Origin: an uncultured Candidatus Saccharibacteria bacterium
GTDB taxonomy: Bacteria; Patescibacteriota; Minisyncoccia; Phycocordibacterales; CAIZLB01
Reading direction: 5' to 3'
Length of the DNA: 64,000 nt
Assembly: GCA_964607805.1 (NCBI GenBank)
Contig: CAZSLF010000003.1
Coordinates: forward strand, 3,190-67,189
The notes beneath the pieces were generated by a model. The model had not been told where the DNA came from. It saw only the letters and a program-made list of their open reading frames with translations, and made no database searches. The position numbers were made by a program, and so were the translations under genes. This document shows, in pieces, positions 7,739 to 16,674 of the stretch (position 1 is the first letter of the stretch; every line of letters begins with the position of its first letter).

Positions 7739-8008
7739 CTAATTCGCTGAGGATGAAGCTGTTTTGTCTTGAGTTGCGGCATTTTGTTGTTGTTGCATCT
7801 GTTGCTGTTGTTCTTGCATTTTATCTTCTACTGACTTCATTGCGTCTTCTTTGGCTTCGTCTATTTTGTTTTCGATCTGTTCCATTGCTGCTCCTTTTTC
7901 CTTTTCAATTCTTGCGTCCATGTACATGTATACGCCTAGGGCTCCAACAATGAGTCCAATTATGACCGCGATTATAGGTGCAACTGAGCCTTTTTGTGTA
8001 GTTTTCAT
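7739..8008 (-). CDS. hypothetical small membrane-anchored protein with Q-rich tail
   Basis: 89-aa ORF with a TM helix PIIAVIIGLIVGALGVYMYM. TGcTATAAT lies 8 nt upstream of the ATG. Confidence 0.55.
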   Translation of the reverse strand: MKTTQKGSVAPIIAVIIGLIVGALGVYMYMDARIEKEKGAAMEQIENKIDEAKEDAMKSVEDKMQEQQQQMQQQQNAATQDKTASSSAN

Positions 8009-8056
8009 ATGGGGTAATTATAGCACGGGAGATTCTGAGATAAATAATCTTCTCAT

Positions 8057-8440
8057 CTATAAACCAAAAATAATTTCAATATAATCTCTTGAAAAATTAT
8101 AAATACCAAAATATATATCCGGGACTAAAACGATAGAGAAAATGAAAATAAGAATTGCTAAAATGAACAAAACTCTACTAGAGTCAATTTTATTATCATT
8201 AACTTGAGTTTGTTGATTTTTCTTGTTAAGAAAATATGCAATAGAACCTGTTATTGAGCCAGCCAATATTAAGGGTATTGAAAAAATCATTATTATAATA
8301 CCTTCAACAATTCCTGCTGCGTTACAATTTGGTGCACAATGATTCGAGTTGTATTCTGCAAGATATAATATACCCAACAAACTTACTAAACCGAGTATTA
8401 AAAAAGTAATGCTAAAAGCTTTTAAAGTTCTTATGATCAT
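8057..8440 (-). CDS. hypothetical integral membrane protein
   Basis: 127-aa ORF with 3-4 predicted TM helices. TGaTATAAT lies 6 nt upstream of the ATG. Confidence 0.55.
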   Translation of the reverse strand: MIIRTLKAFSITFLILGLVSLLGILYLAEYNSNHCAPNCNAAGIVEGIIIMIFSIPLILAGSITGSIAYFLNKKNQQTQVNDNKIDSSRVLFILAILIFIFSIVLVPDIYFGIYNFSRDYIEIIFGL

Positions 8441-8469
8441 GGTGCGATTATATCATTTATAGTTAGTGG

Positions 8470-8590
8470 GATTCGGTCACAAATAATTTTCTCGTCGTCA
8501 CTCGAAAATTTTCGCGACCCCGGCTCGCGGCCAGCACTACTGTGCTGGCATCCGCTCCGCCTTTCTCATCGATCCGATCTCTCGAGAAAA
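8470..8590. repeat. GC-rich 101-nt conserved element plus short hairpin, copy 2 (tRNA-Ser-associated)
   Basis: Gap-free alignment to 3865-3965. Same position relative to tRNA, terminator and downstream minus-strand ORF. Confidence 0.8.
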
Positions 8591-8591
8591 G

Positions 8592-8630
8592 ATTAAAGGA
8601 CCACAGCAGTGTGGTCCTTTAATCTTTTCT
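8592..8630. terminator. intrinsic terminator (13-bp stem)
   Basis: ATTAAAGGACCAC-AGCAGT-GTGGTCCTTTAAT followed by CTTTTCT. The loop AGCAGT resembles the loop region of the 3989-4016 hairpin (GCAG then T). Confidence 0.65.
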
Positions 8631-8632
8631 AG

Positions 8633-8723
8633 CGGAGACGGAGGGATTCGAACCCTCGAAGGCCTTTTGAGGGACCTTACCTCTTTAGCAAAGAGGCACA
8701 TTCGACCGCTCTGACACGTCTCC
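8633..8723 (-). tRNA. tRNA-Ser (anticodon GCU), type II
   Basis: Acceptor GGAGACG/CGTCTCC, anticodon arm CCTCT-TTGCTAA-AGAGG, long variable arm, T arm GAGGG-TTCGAAT-CCCTC, discriminator G. Confidence 0.9.
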
Positions 8724-8874
8724 ATTTATATAAATAATACCTATTAACTGCCTATAATTACCTATATATGTACCGTAACATATTAGCAGAGCCTTGAAAA
8801 CTTAGCTAAAACAGTGTTCAATAGGACTCTTTCCTGGATTAGACGGATTCCGCAAAAAAACCGCCATACTGAAT

Positions 8875-9609
8875 ATGATCAAAAACGTAATAGTAATAAT
8901 GTTGGCCATTCTCATAATTCTTTTTGTACTTGTGCCACTTTCTTTTATGGCTTTGGGTAAAATTGAGAATCCTTTTGCTTTTGAGCCAATTAGCGCTTTT
9001 GCGGATAAAGAGGAATTAGCTAAGCGAATAGTGGATTGTACGAATCCTGAGCAAAGCCTAGAAGCGCATGTCAGGGATACTGCTCTTGCCCGAGATGAAG
9101 AAGAAAGTAGTATTGAATCAACTTTTTATAAATTTATTATCAATTTAGAGGCTCCTGTTGTGGATTGGCAATATACAAAGGGTGTTTTGGATGATGAAGT
9201 GGCTTCATTTGTCTATAAAGATGTGATTGTGAATATGTTGGCGCGAACTTCTGTTTCGAAGTGCAATTCGGCGGCTAAAGAGATTTTTGAGAATTTTCAT
9301 GAAAAAACTTTGGGAGTGGAATATTTTTCAAGTAATACATATTTGACTCAGGGTGCACCAATTGGACTTACTCGATCTACTTTACGTAGTCATGGTCAAG
9401 GAGGAGTAGGGGATGCAGATTATTATTGGTATCTATTAGATGAAGAATTTGTGAATTTAAGTTCAAAGCCAATTGTGACTATTTGGTATTCAACAAGGGT
9501 TGGGCGAATTGAATATTGGTTTGCTTTTAGAACATTTCAGGAAAATGAACAAAACCTCAACAAAGTTGCAGAGGAAGTACTAGAAGGTATCGAGTTTTTG
9601 AAGTTTTAA
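8875..9609 (+). CDS. hypothetical membrane-anchored protein
   Basis: 244-aa ORF with an N-terminal TM helix. No recognisable domain. Confidence 0.55.
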   Translation: MIKNVIVIMLAILIILFVLVPLSFMALGKIENPFAFEPISAFADKEELAKRIVDCTNPEQSLEAHVRDTALARDEEESSIESTFYKFIINLEAPVVDWQYTKGVLDDEVASFVYKDVIVNMLARTSVSKCNSAAKEIFENFHEKTLGVEYFSSNTYLTQGAPIGLTRSTLRSHGQGGVGDADYYWYLLDEEFVNLSSKPIVTIWYSTRVGRIEYWFAFRTFQENEQNLNKVAEEVLEGIEFLKF

Positions 9610-9614
9610 TTTTG

Positions 9615-10235
9615 TTAATGGCAGAAGGCTAGACTTTTTACCTCTGCGCTGTGTGTTTCCGGTAAATTTGATACGATATTTTGAATAATTTGAACCAAGG
9701 TGCTGAGTGTGGCACCTGTGGTTAATACATCGTCAACAATATATATGTATTTGTATGCCTGGCCATGTTGGCCAAGTCCAAATATTTGCTTATATAGCAG
9801 GGTGAATTTGCTTTCATCGGATAAAAGTCGCTCTTCTCTAGTTTTTTCATGCTGAGATTTGGTTTGATCCATATCTATGAGGAAGAAATTGGGGCAAATA
9901 TCAATTTTTGGCTTGTTGGTCGATCTGTCGGCATCATTAAACTCCTTTATATATCCACAAATTAGCGCCATGTGATCTTTTTTCTTTTGCTGACGCGTAA
10001 AAGATGAGGATGGGGCATGAAGTATTAGTATTTCAGATGATTTGGCTGCATCACTTTGATTATCAAGATTATTGGATATACCAATGTCAGAACAAATGTA
10101 TTCATACAACTCCTTGGCGATATATTTTAAAGCCTCTTGATCTAAATTTTTACTTTTCTTCACAATTTCTTTAACTTTTTCATTTTTATAGTCTTTAATA
10201 TAGTTTTGATTGTTTTGATTGTTTTGTTTGTGCAT
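9615..10235 (-). CDS. ComF-like phosphoribosyltransferase family protein
   Basis: C-terminal PRTase motif YIYIVDDVLTTGATLSTL. Divergent from the pilus operon. No N-terminal zinc-finger cysteines seen. Confidence 0.7.
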   Translation of the reverse strand: MHKQNNQNNQNYIKDYKNEKVKEIVKKSKNLDQEALKYIAKELYEYICSDIGISNNLDNQSDAAKSSEILILHAPSSSFTRQQKKKDHMALICGYIKEFNDADRSTNKPKIDICPNFFLIDMDQTKSQHEKTREERLLSDESKFTLLYKQIFGLGQHGQAYKYIYIVDDVLTTGATLSTLVQIIQNIVSNLPETHSAEVKSLAFCH

Positions 10236-10369
10236 AATTTTTTTTGTTTATTAGATATTTACTAAATTTTCATTTAATATTTATTAGATTTTGATATTAA
10301 TTTAATATTTCCTTAATAGAGTATGTGAGCTATACTATTTACTAAGGTAACTAGCACTCTACACAGTTC

Positions 10370-11494
10370 ATGGTGAATTTTTTACAAAATATTTTTCAAA
10401 AAGGAGAAGATAGCGTAATAGGCCTTGATATTGGCTCTTCGTCAATTAAGGTTGTTCAACTTAGGAAGAGAAAAGGTCGTGCAATTCTTGAAACTTATGG
10501 CGAAATTGCGCTTGGTCCCTACGGAGGGCTCTCTGTTGGGCAAGTTACGAACGTAACTTCGGATAAAGTAGCGGAAGCGATTAAAGATTTGCTTAGGGAG
10601 GCAAATGTTACGACTTTGATTGGAGGGTTGGCTATTCCATTTAAATCGAGCTTAGTAACTCTTATGGAATTACCTTTTGTTGATGAAAAGCAGCTAAAGG
10701 AAATGATTCCACTCGAAGCACGTAAATATATTCCTGTGCCAATTAGTGAAGTAACTCTAGATTGGTGGGTAATTCCTAAAGAAGCGGCAGGTGAACTAGA
10801 TTTTGTTCAGACTATAGATGAGAACAATAATAGGACGACGGCCATTCCCAAGACACAGGTTCTAGTAGTTTCAATTCATAATGAAGTTCTAAATACGTAT
10901 AGTTCAATTGTTCAGTTAGCTGGTCTAAATACAAGTTTTTTTGAAATTGAAATGTTTAGCGGTACCCGATCCCTATTAACAGGGGAGACAACACCTGTTA
11001 TGGTCTTTGATATGGGAGCTGCTTCAACAAAAATTTATATTCTTGAGCGTGGAGTGGTTCGATATTCTCATATTATAAATAAAGGCTCTCAAGATGTGAC
11101 AATGAGTATCATGAAAGGGCTTGGACTTACATTCGATAGAGCAGAACATATTAAGAGAAATCTGGGTACTGGTGTTGTTTCTGACGAGAAAGCGGTGTTT
11201 GAAGTGATTTCGCTGACGCTTGATTATATTTTTTCAGAAGCGAACAGTGTAATTTTGAGCTATCAGCGCAAATTTAATAAACCACTTGGAAAAGTTATCT
11301 TAATCGGTGGAGGATGTGCGATGAAAGGGGTGTTTGAATTAGCAAGAGCAAATTTTCAAACACCCGTGGAGCTTGGAACGCCATTTGCAAAAGTAGAAAC
11401 ACCAGCTTTCATGGAAGATGTTTTGAAAGTAACAGGATTAGAGTTTGCAGTAGCGATTGGAGTTGCACTAAGAAAGTTGCAGGAAATGAGATAG
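10370..11494 (+). CDS. pilM: type IV pilus assembly protein PilM (actin-like ATPase fold)
   Basis: N-terminal IGLDIGSSSIKVVQL and later DMGAASTKIYI, LIGGG motifs. First gene of the pilus operon. Confidence 0.85.
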   Translation: MVNFLQNIFQKGEDSVIGLDIGSSSIKVVQLRKRKGRAILETYGEIALGPYGGLSVGQVTNVTSDKVAEAIKDLLREANVTTLIGGLAIPFKSSLVTLMELPFVDEKQLKEMIPLEARKYIPVPISEVTLDWWVIPKEAAGELDFVQTIDENNNRTTAIPKTQVLVVSIHNEVLNTYSSIVQLAGLNTSFFEIEMFSGTRSLLTGETTPVMVFDMGAASTKIYILERGVVRYSHIINKGSQDVTMSIMKGLGLTFDRAEHIKRNLGTGVVSDEKAVFEVISLTLDYIFSEANSVILSYQRKFNKPLGKVILIGGGCAMKGVFELARANFQTPVELGTPFAKVETPAFMEDVLKVTGLEFAVAIGVALRKLQEMR

Positions 11495-11517
11495 TTGATA
11501 TATAATTAAACAAGTAC

Positions 11518-12189
11518 ATGCCTGAAACAAAATTTCAAACATCATTTATACCTAAACAACCAGTGACTGGTGGGGAGACAAGACACTCTGGTGGATCTAG
11601 TATATTTTTTCTCGTATCTTTTTTAATTTTGGTTGCAACTGCTGCAGCAGGAGTTGGTGCATATGTATGGCATTCAACTATTGAGAAACAAATTGAAAAG
11701 GGTAATACTCAATTGAAGACTCATAGAAGTTCATTTGATAAAAATACAATTGAACAATTCACAAGACTTGATAATAGAATCGATGTTGCCAGTTCTTTGT
11801 TAAAGAACCATGTTAGTGCGTCTAGTATATTCCCTCGTTTGCAAGATGGTACTCTAAAAACTGTGCAATTTAAGAGTTTTTCATATGCAAATTCTGGAGA
11901 TGGCAAAATTGTTATAAGTATGACTGGTGAAGCTCAGGATTATGAAAGTCTTGCGCTCCAGGCAACTGAATTTACTGAATCACGCTTCCAAAATTCATTT
12001 AGAAGTCCTATTTTTAGTAGTTTTACAAAGGGTAAGAGCAATGTTGTTTTTACATTCAGCTCTGGAATCGATCCTTTTATTCTTAAATACTATGATGCAA
12101 GACAAACTGAGATAAATAAGGCAGAGACAGGTCAGCCAGCAGCCGGAGCAACGACGGAGGTACCAGCATCACCTAATCCGACAAATTAA
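11518..12189 (+). CDS. PilN-like bitopic pilus assembly protein
   Basis: Single TM helix followed by a coiled-coil/ferredoxin-like region. Call rests on position directly after pilM. Confidence 0.5.
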   Translation: MPETKFQTSFIPKQPVTGGETRHSGGSSIFFLVSFLILVATAAAGVGAYVWHSTIEKQIEKGNTQLKTHRSSFDKNTIEQFTRLDNRIDVASSLLKNHVSASSIFPRLQDGTLKTVQFKSFSYANSGDGKIVISMTGEAQDYESLALQATEFTESRFQNSFRSPIFSSFTKGKSNVVFTFSSGIDPFILKYYDARQTEINKAETGQPAAGATTEVPASPNPTN

Positions 12190-12193
12190 TTAT

Positions 12194-12781
12194 ATGTTTA
12201 AAATCGCACTACCAGTCATTTTCATATTAGCTTCGATAGCAGGATTTGTTTTTTATGTAAATCCTGAATATAAGAGTGCAAAAAAGGACAATGAAAAACT
12301 AATAAGAGTCAACGATGCTCTAAAACAGGCAAATGAATTGCGAGATTTGCGAGATAAACTAGCTGAAGAACGCAAAAAAATTAGTGACCAGGACTTGGTT
12401 AGAATTTCTAGAATGATTCCTGATGGAGTTGAAAATATTGGTTTGATTATTGAAATGAATAATATTGCTAGAGATAAAGGTATGGAATTGTTAAACCCAA
12501 CTATCGGTCCTTCGGTTGGTGGAGCGGCTCCTGCTGGTGGGGCAGAGGGTAATCCTGCGCTTGCTACAAGTCTAGATGTAGGTCCAGACGGCAGTAATCA
12601 TGGTGCACTTGAGATGAGTTTTGGGGTTAATACAACATACGAAAAGTTTATTGATTTTCTAAAGGAATTAGAAAGGTCACTTAGATTGGTAGATGTAAAA
12701 GAAATAACTTTCTCAGCCCCAGATTCTAAGACAGGTCGATCGACTTTCAGTGTTACTATCGAAACTTATTGGCTTAAATAA
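12194..12781 (+). CDS. PilO-like bitopic pilus assembly protein
   Basis: N-terminal TM helix and coiled coil (LKQANELRDLRDKLAEERKK). Call rests on position after the PilN-like gene. Confidence 0.5.
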   Translation: MFKIALPVIFILASIAGFVFYVNPEYKSAKKDNEKLIRVNDALKQANELRDLRDKLAEERKKISDQDLVRISRMIPDGVENIGLIIEMNNIARDKGMELLNPTIGPSVGGAAPAGGAEGNPALATSLDVGPDGSNHGALEMSFGVNTTYEKFIDFLKELERSLRLVDVKEITFSAPDSKTGRSTFSVTIETYWLK

Positions 12782-12789
12782 AAACTATT

Positions 12790-13248
12790 ATGAAGCAAGC
12801 ATTTTCAAAATATAAATGGATAATAGCAGGAGCGATAATCATAATTTTGGTTTTTGTTTTGTATGCCATGTTAAAACCTGAAGCAAAGAGTGCTGACGGT
12901 ATTGAGAGAACTATTGTTTCAATACCTGGGGGAGACGGATCAATTACTGGAGAGGAAGATCCAGCTGCAGGTTTTATCCAGCAACTATTGGCTATCAAGC
13001 AAGTGCATTTCAATGCTGAGTTTTTCCAAGATCCTGTATATAAAGAACTTGTTGATCAGTACAGACCTCTTGATAAGAGACCTGTTGGACGACCAAATCC
13101 TTTCCTTAATATTGGCGTAGATGGAGTTGTATTTTCTCCTGATTCCGCTCCTACTGGCTCTGCAGCACCTGCAGCTGGTGCTGGTGCTACCGCTGGTACA
13201 GATGGAGGATTTGTACAAACATCATCTGAGGATAATATTCCGGAGTAG
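12790..13248 (+). CDS. hypothetical bitopic protein of the pilus operon
   Basis: 152-aa ORF with one TM helix and an Ala/Gly-rich tail, between the pilO-like gene and pilB. Confidence 0.5.
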   Translation: MKQAFSKYKWIIAGAIIIILVFVLYAMLKPEAKSADGIERTIVSIPGGDGSITGEEDPAAGFIQQLLAIKQVHFNAEFFQDPVYKELVDQYRPLDKRPVGRPNPFLNIGVDGVVFSPDSAPTGSAAPAAGAGATAGTDGGFVQTSSEDNIPE

Positions 13249-13336
13249 ATATCTGATTGATATAAATCAATAATCGGTTATCAACTGACTATCAACAATA
13301 GAATCTAAATAAAATTTGGTGTAATATATAAACATA

Positions 13337-15055
13337 ATGAGTTTTTTAGACGTACTAGTACGGCAATCAATCATCACAAGCGATGATGCAAATATTATTG
13401 TTGAAGAAGCGACTGCATCAAGTCGTACTATTGAAGATGTACTTAGAGATAAAGGAATTACTGCAGATGTAATTGCAAAAGCTAAAGGAGAATATCTACA
13501 AGTGCCAACAAAATCTTTGGCTGATAAGGATATTCCTTTCGATGTATTAAAATATATTCCGGAAGAATCGGCACTCCACTATAAGTTTATCCCCATGTCG
13601 ATCACAGACGGGGTTTTGGAAGTAGGAGTTGTAGATCCTGATAATATCGAAGCGCGAGATGCGCTTAATTTTATTTCGGCGAAGATAAATATTCCATTTA
13701 AAATATATATAATCTCTGAAGATGACTTCAATCGCGCTTTAGGATTCTATAAAGGTCTTGGTGGAGAAGTAAATAAAGCTCTTACGGATTTGGAAAGCGA
13801 ATTTTCTCATGCAGATGTTGAAATTGCCAAAGAGGGAGATGAAAGAAATAAAAACGGTCAGCCAAATATCATCGAAGATGCTCCTGTTACAAAAATCGTA
13901 GCCACTATGCTTCGATATGCAATTGAAGGAGATGTATCGGATATTCACGTTGAACCTATGCGAGAGAAAGTTCGGATTCGTTTTCGAGTAGATGGAGTCT
14001 TGAATACAAGTATTGTTTTGCCTGCAAAGGTTCACGACGCGGTTGTGGCAAGAATTAAGATTTTGTCCAACATGAAGCTAGATGAAAAGAGAAAGCCGCA
14101 AGACGGACGTTTCTCTGCGCGTATTGAAGGAAGAAAAATCGACTTCCGAGTATCTACTTTTCCTACAAACTGGGGAGAGAAGGTGGTGATGCGAATCCTC
14201 GACCCAGATAAAAGTGTGCAAAAGCTTGATAAATTAGGCTTTAGTCCTAGAAATTTGGATATGATTAAGCGGGCGCTTGATAAGCCATACGGTCTAATAT
14301 TGATTTCAGGTCCAACTGGTTCAGGAAAGACAACAACTCTTTATGCCATGATGCAAGAAGTTGATAGAAATGAACATAACGTACTATCCCTAGAAGATCC
14401 GGTGGAATATGTTATGGATGGTGTGAGTCAATCACAAGTTCATCCTGAAATTGGATATACTTTCGCGACCGGTTTGCGTACAACTCTTCGACAAGACCCC
14501 GATATTATCATGGTGGGGGAGATCCGAGATAAGGAAACTGCAGCTCTTGCTATTCAAGCTGCCCTTACAGGTCACTTGGTGCTTTCAACTATTCACACCA
14601 ATAGTTCAGTAGGTATTATCCCTCGACTTATTGATATGGGAGTTGATCCTTATATGATTGCACCAACACTTATTTTAGGAATGGGGCAGCGACTAGTAGG
14701 AAAGGCCTATGAGCCAGCAGTTAAGTCAGTTCCAGTGGACGATAGTATAAAAGTTATGATTGATAAGCAGTTTGCTGATCTTCCTGAAAAGTTTAGAGGT
14801 GAAATTCCAAAGGAAACAGAGTTGTATAGAGTAAACCCTACCCCAGAGTGTCCAAAGGGGATAAAAGGTCGAGTAGCCGTGCTAGAAGTATTTGAAATGG
14901 ATAAGGACTTAGAAAGAATCATTCTCAAAGATCCTACTGAACTTACTATCAATAAATTCCTTAGAGAAGAAAAAGGTATGCTTAATATGAAGGAGGATGC
15001 AATAGTCCGAGCCCTACGAAAAGAAATTCCTTTTGAAGAAGTCTATAAAGTTTAA
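13337..15055 (+). CDS. pilB: type IV pilus assembly ATPase PilB (GspE family)
   Basis: Walker A ISGPTGSGKTTTLYAM, SLEDPVEY, GEIRD, HLVLSTIHTN, plus an N-terminal T2SSE_N-like region. Confidence 0.9.
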   Translation: MSFLDVLVRQSIITSDDANIIVEEATASSRTIEDVLRDKGITADVIAKAKGEYLQVPTKSLADKDIPFDVLKYIPEESALHYKFIPMSITDGVLEVGVVDPDNIEARDALNFISAKINIPFKIYIISEDDFNRALGFYKGLGGEVNKALTDLESEFSHADVEIAKEGDERNKNGQPNIIEDAPVTKIVATMLRYAIEGDVSDIHVEPMREKVRIRFRVDGVLNTSIVLPAKVHDAVVARIKILSNMKLDEKRKPQDGRFSARIEGRKIDFRVSTFPTNWGEKVVMRILDPDKSVQKLDKLGFSPRNLDMIKRALDKPYGLILISGPTGSGKTTTLYAMMQEVDRNEHNVLSLEDPVEYVMDGVSQSQVHPEIGYTFATGLRTTLRQDPDIIMVGEIRDKETAALAIQAALTGHLVLSTIHTNSSVGIIPRLIDMGVDPYMIAPTLILGMGQRLVGKAYEPAVKSVPVDDSIKVMIDKQFADLPEKFRGEIPKETELYRVNPTPECPKGIKGRVAVLEVFEMDKDLERIILKDPTELTINKFLREEKGMLNMKEDAIVRALRKEIPFEEVYKV

Positions 15056-15159
15056 TTGAAACCACTTTGCGCGCTGAACAAACTAAATCATCAACAGTGC
15101 CTTGCATCTATTTTTTAAGGAGTGTGATAAAATATGCTTACATTTCGATGTAATATCCT

Positions 15160-15567
15160 ATGACAGACGGTGTACCATATAAAATTCTTATAGTTGACGA
15201 TGATAAGTTCCTTTTGAATATGTATTCAATTAAATTTCAAAAGGAGAATTTTGAAGTATTTACTGCGTCAGATGGGAAATCTGCACTTGAACAGCTTGAA
15301 AAAGGAACAGTTCCAGATGCAATAGTTTTAGATATCGTTATGCCAATTATGGACGGCCTTGAGATGTTAGAGAATATGCGAAAACAAAGTTTAGCAAAAG
15401 ATGCAACAGTTTTAATTTTGAGTAATCAAGGTCAATCTACAGATATCGAAAAAGCAAAAAGATTAGGGATCGACGGATATATTGTGAAAGCCACTACAAT
15501 TCCATCCGAAGTGGTAACAGAAGTTCTTCGTATGTTAGCAAATAAGCATCACGGTATGAACGCATAA
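15160..15567 (+). CDS. single-domain response regulator (CheY-like receiver)
   Basis: ILIVDDD ... VLDIVMPIMDG ... ILSNQ ... GYIVKA receiver signature. No output domain. Confidence 0.85.
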   Translation: MTDGVPYKILIVDDDKFLLNMYSIKFQKENFEVFTASDGKSALEQLEKGTVPDAIVLDIVMPIMDGLEMLENMRKQSLAKDATVLILSNQGQSTDIEKAKRLGIDGYIVKATTIPSEVVTEVLRMLANKHHGMNA

Positions 15568-15590
15568 TTATTAATATTAATACAACAACC

Positions 15591-16667
15591 ATGAGTACAA
15601 AAATTGAAGACTATAAAGAAGAAATAGAAGAATTGTTAGGAGCAGTATTCCGAGAAGGGGCATCAGATCTTCATTTGTCTGAGGGAAGACACCCTACAAT
15701 TCGAACTTCTGGTATGTTGCTACCACTTGTTAAGAAGCAGCCTCTTACTCATGAGGATATTCAGGGTATGCTAATTGCACTTGTAGGTGATAAAGGATTT
15801 GAAAAATTTAATACGAATAAAGAATTAGACTTTTCATATCAATACAAAGATCTTGCACGTTTCCGAGGAAACGCTTTTGTACAGCAAGGATTTTATGGTA
15901 TAGCACTGCGACTCATTCCCAAGCAAATTAAAACTGTTACTGAACTTGGACTTCCTTCAACACTTGAAGCTTTTGCACGTAAAAAGCAAGGATTCTTTCT
16001 AGTAGTAGGGCCTGTAGGACAAGGAAAAACTACGACTCTTGCCGCGCTTGTTGAGCTTATCAACCAAGAAAGAGCTGAGCATATTATTACAATTGAAGAT
16101 CCAATTGAATATGTTTATGAGCAGAAGAAATCTATTATCGATCAGCGAGAAGTAGGTATTGATACAGATAGTTTTGAAATCGCTTTGATTGAAGCACTTC
16201 GACAGGATGTAAATGTAATTTTGGTAGGGGAGATGCGAAACCATGAGACTATGGCTGCTGCTATTACAGCTGCAGAAACAGGTCACTTAGTATTCTCTAC
16301 ACTTCACACAAATAGTGCTGCACAAACAATTGATCGTATTATAGATACTTTCCCAGCAAACCAACAAGATCAGATTCGAGTTCAGCTTGCTTCAGCACTT
16401 TCAGGTGTATTTTCTCAAAGACTTGTGCCAAGAATTTCAGGCGGGCAAATTCCTGCATACGAACTTTTAGTTTCAAATGCCGCAGTTTCTAACCTAATTC
16501 GAGAAAAACGAACTCATGAAATTAATACCGTTATTGAAACTGGTCTTGCAGAAGGTATGATTGATATGAACCGATGTTTAGCAGATCTTGTAAGACGAGG
16601 TGAAATCAGTATTGAAAATGCTTACCAGCGATCTCTTAATCCAAAAGTTTTAGAGAGATTAATATAA
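15591..16667 (+). CDS. pilT: twitching-motility retraction ATPase PilT
   Basis: GPVGQGKTTTLAAL, ITIEDPIEY, GEMR, HLVFSTLHTN, and a PilT-type NLIREKRTHEI motif. Confidence 0.9.
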   Translation: MSTKIEDYKEEIEELLGAVFREGASDLHLSEGRHPTIRTSGMLLPLVKKQPLTHEDIQGMLIALVGDKGFEKFNTNKELDFSYQYKDLARFRGNAFVQQGFYGIALRLIPKQIKTVTELGLPSTLEAFARKKQGFFLVVGPVGQGKTTTLAALVELINQERAEHIITIEDPIEYVYEQKKSIIDQREVGIDTDSFEIALIEALRQDVNVILVGEMRNHETMAAAITAAETGHLVFSTLHTNSAAQTIDRIIDTFPANQQDQIRVQLASALSGVFSQRLVPRISGGQIPAYELLVSNAAVSNLIREKRTHEINTVIETGLAEGMIDMNRCLADLVRRGEISIENAYQRSLNPKVLERLI

Positions 16668-16674
16668 ACACAAT

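Noticed and set aside
3985-8469. Integrated mobile element delimited by the two 101-nt direct repeats next to tRNA genes
   Set aside because: There is no integrase, recombinase or transposase in the interval. The repeats lie outside the tRNA bodies rather than duplicating a tRNA 3' end.
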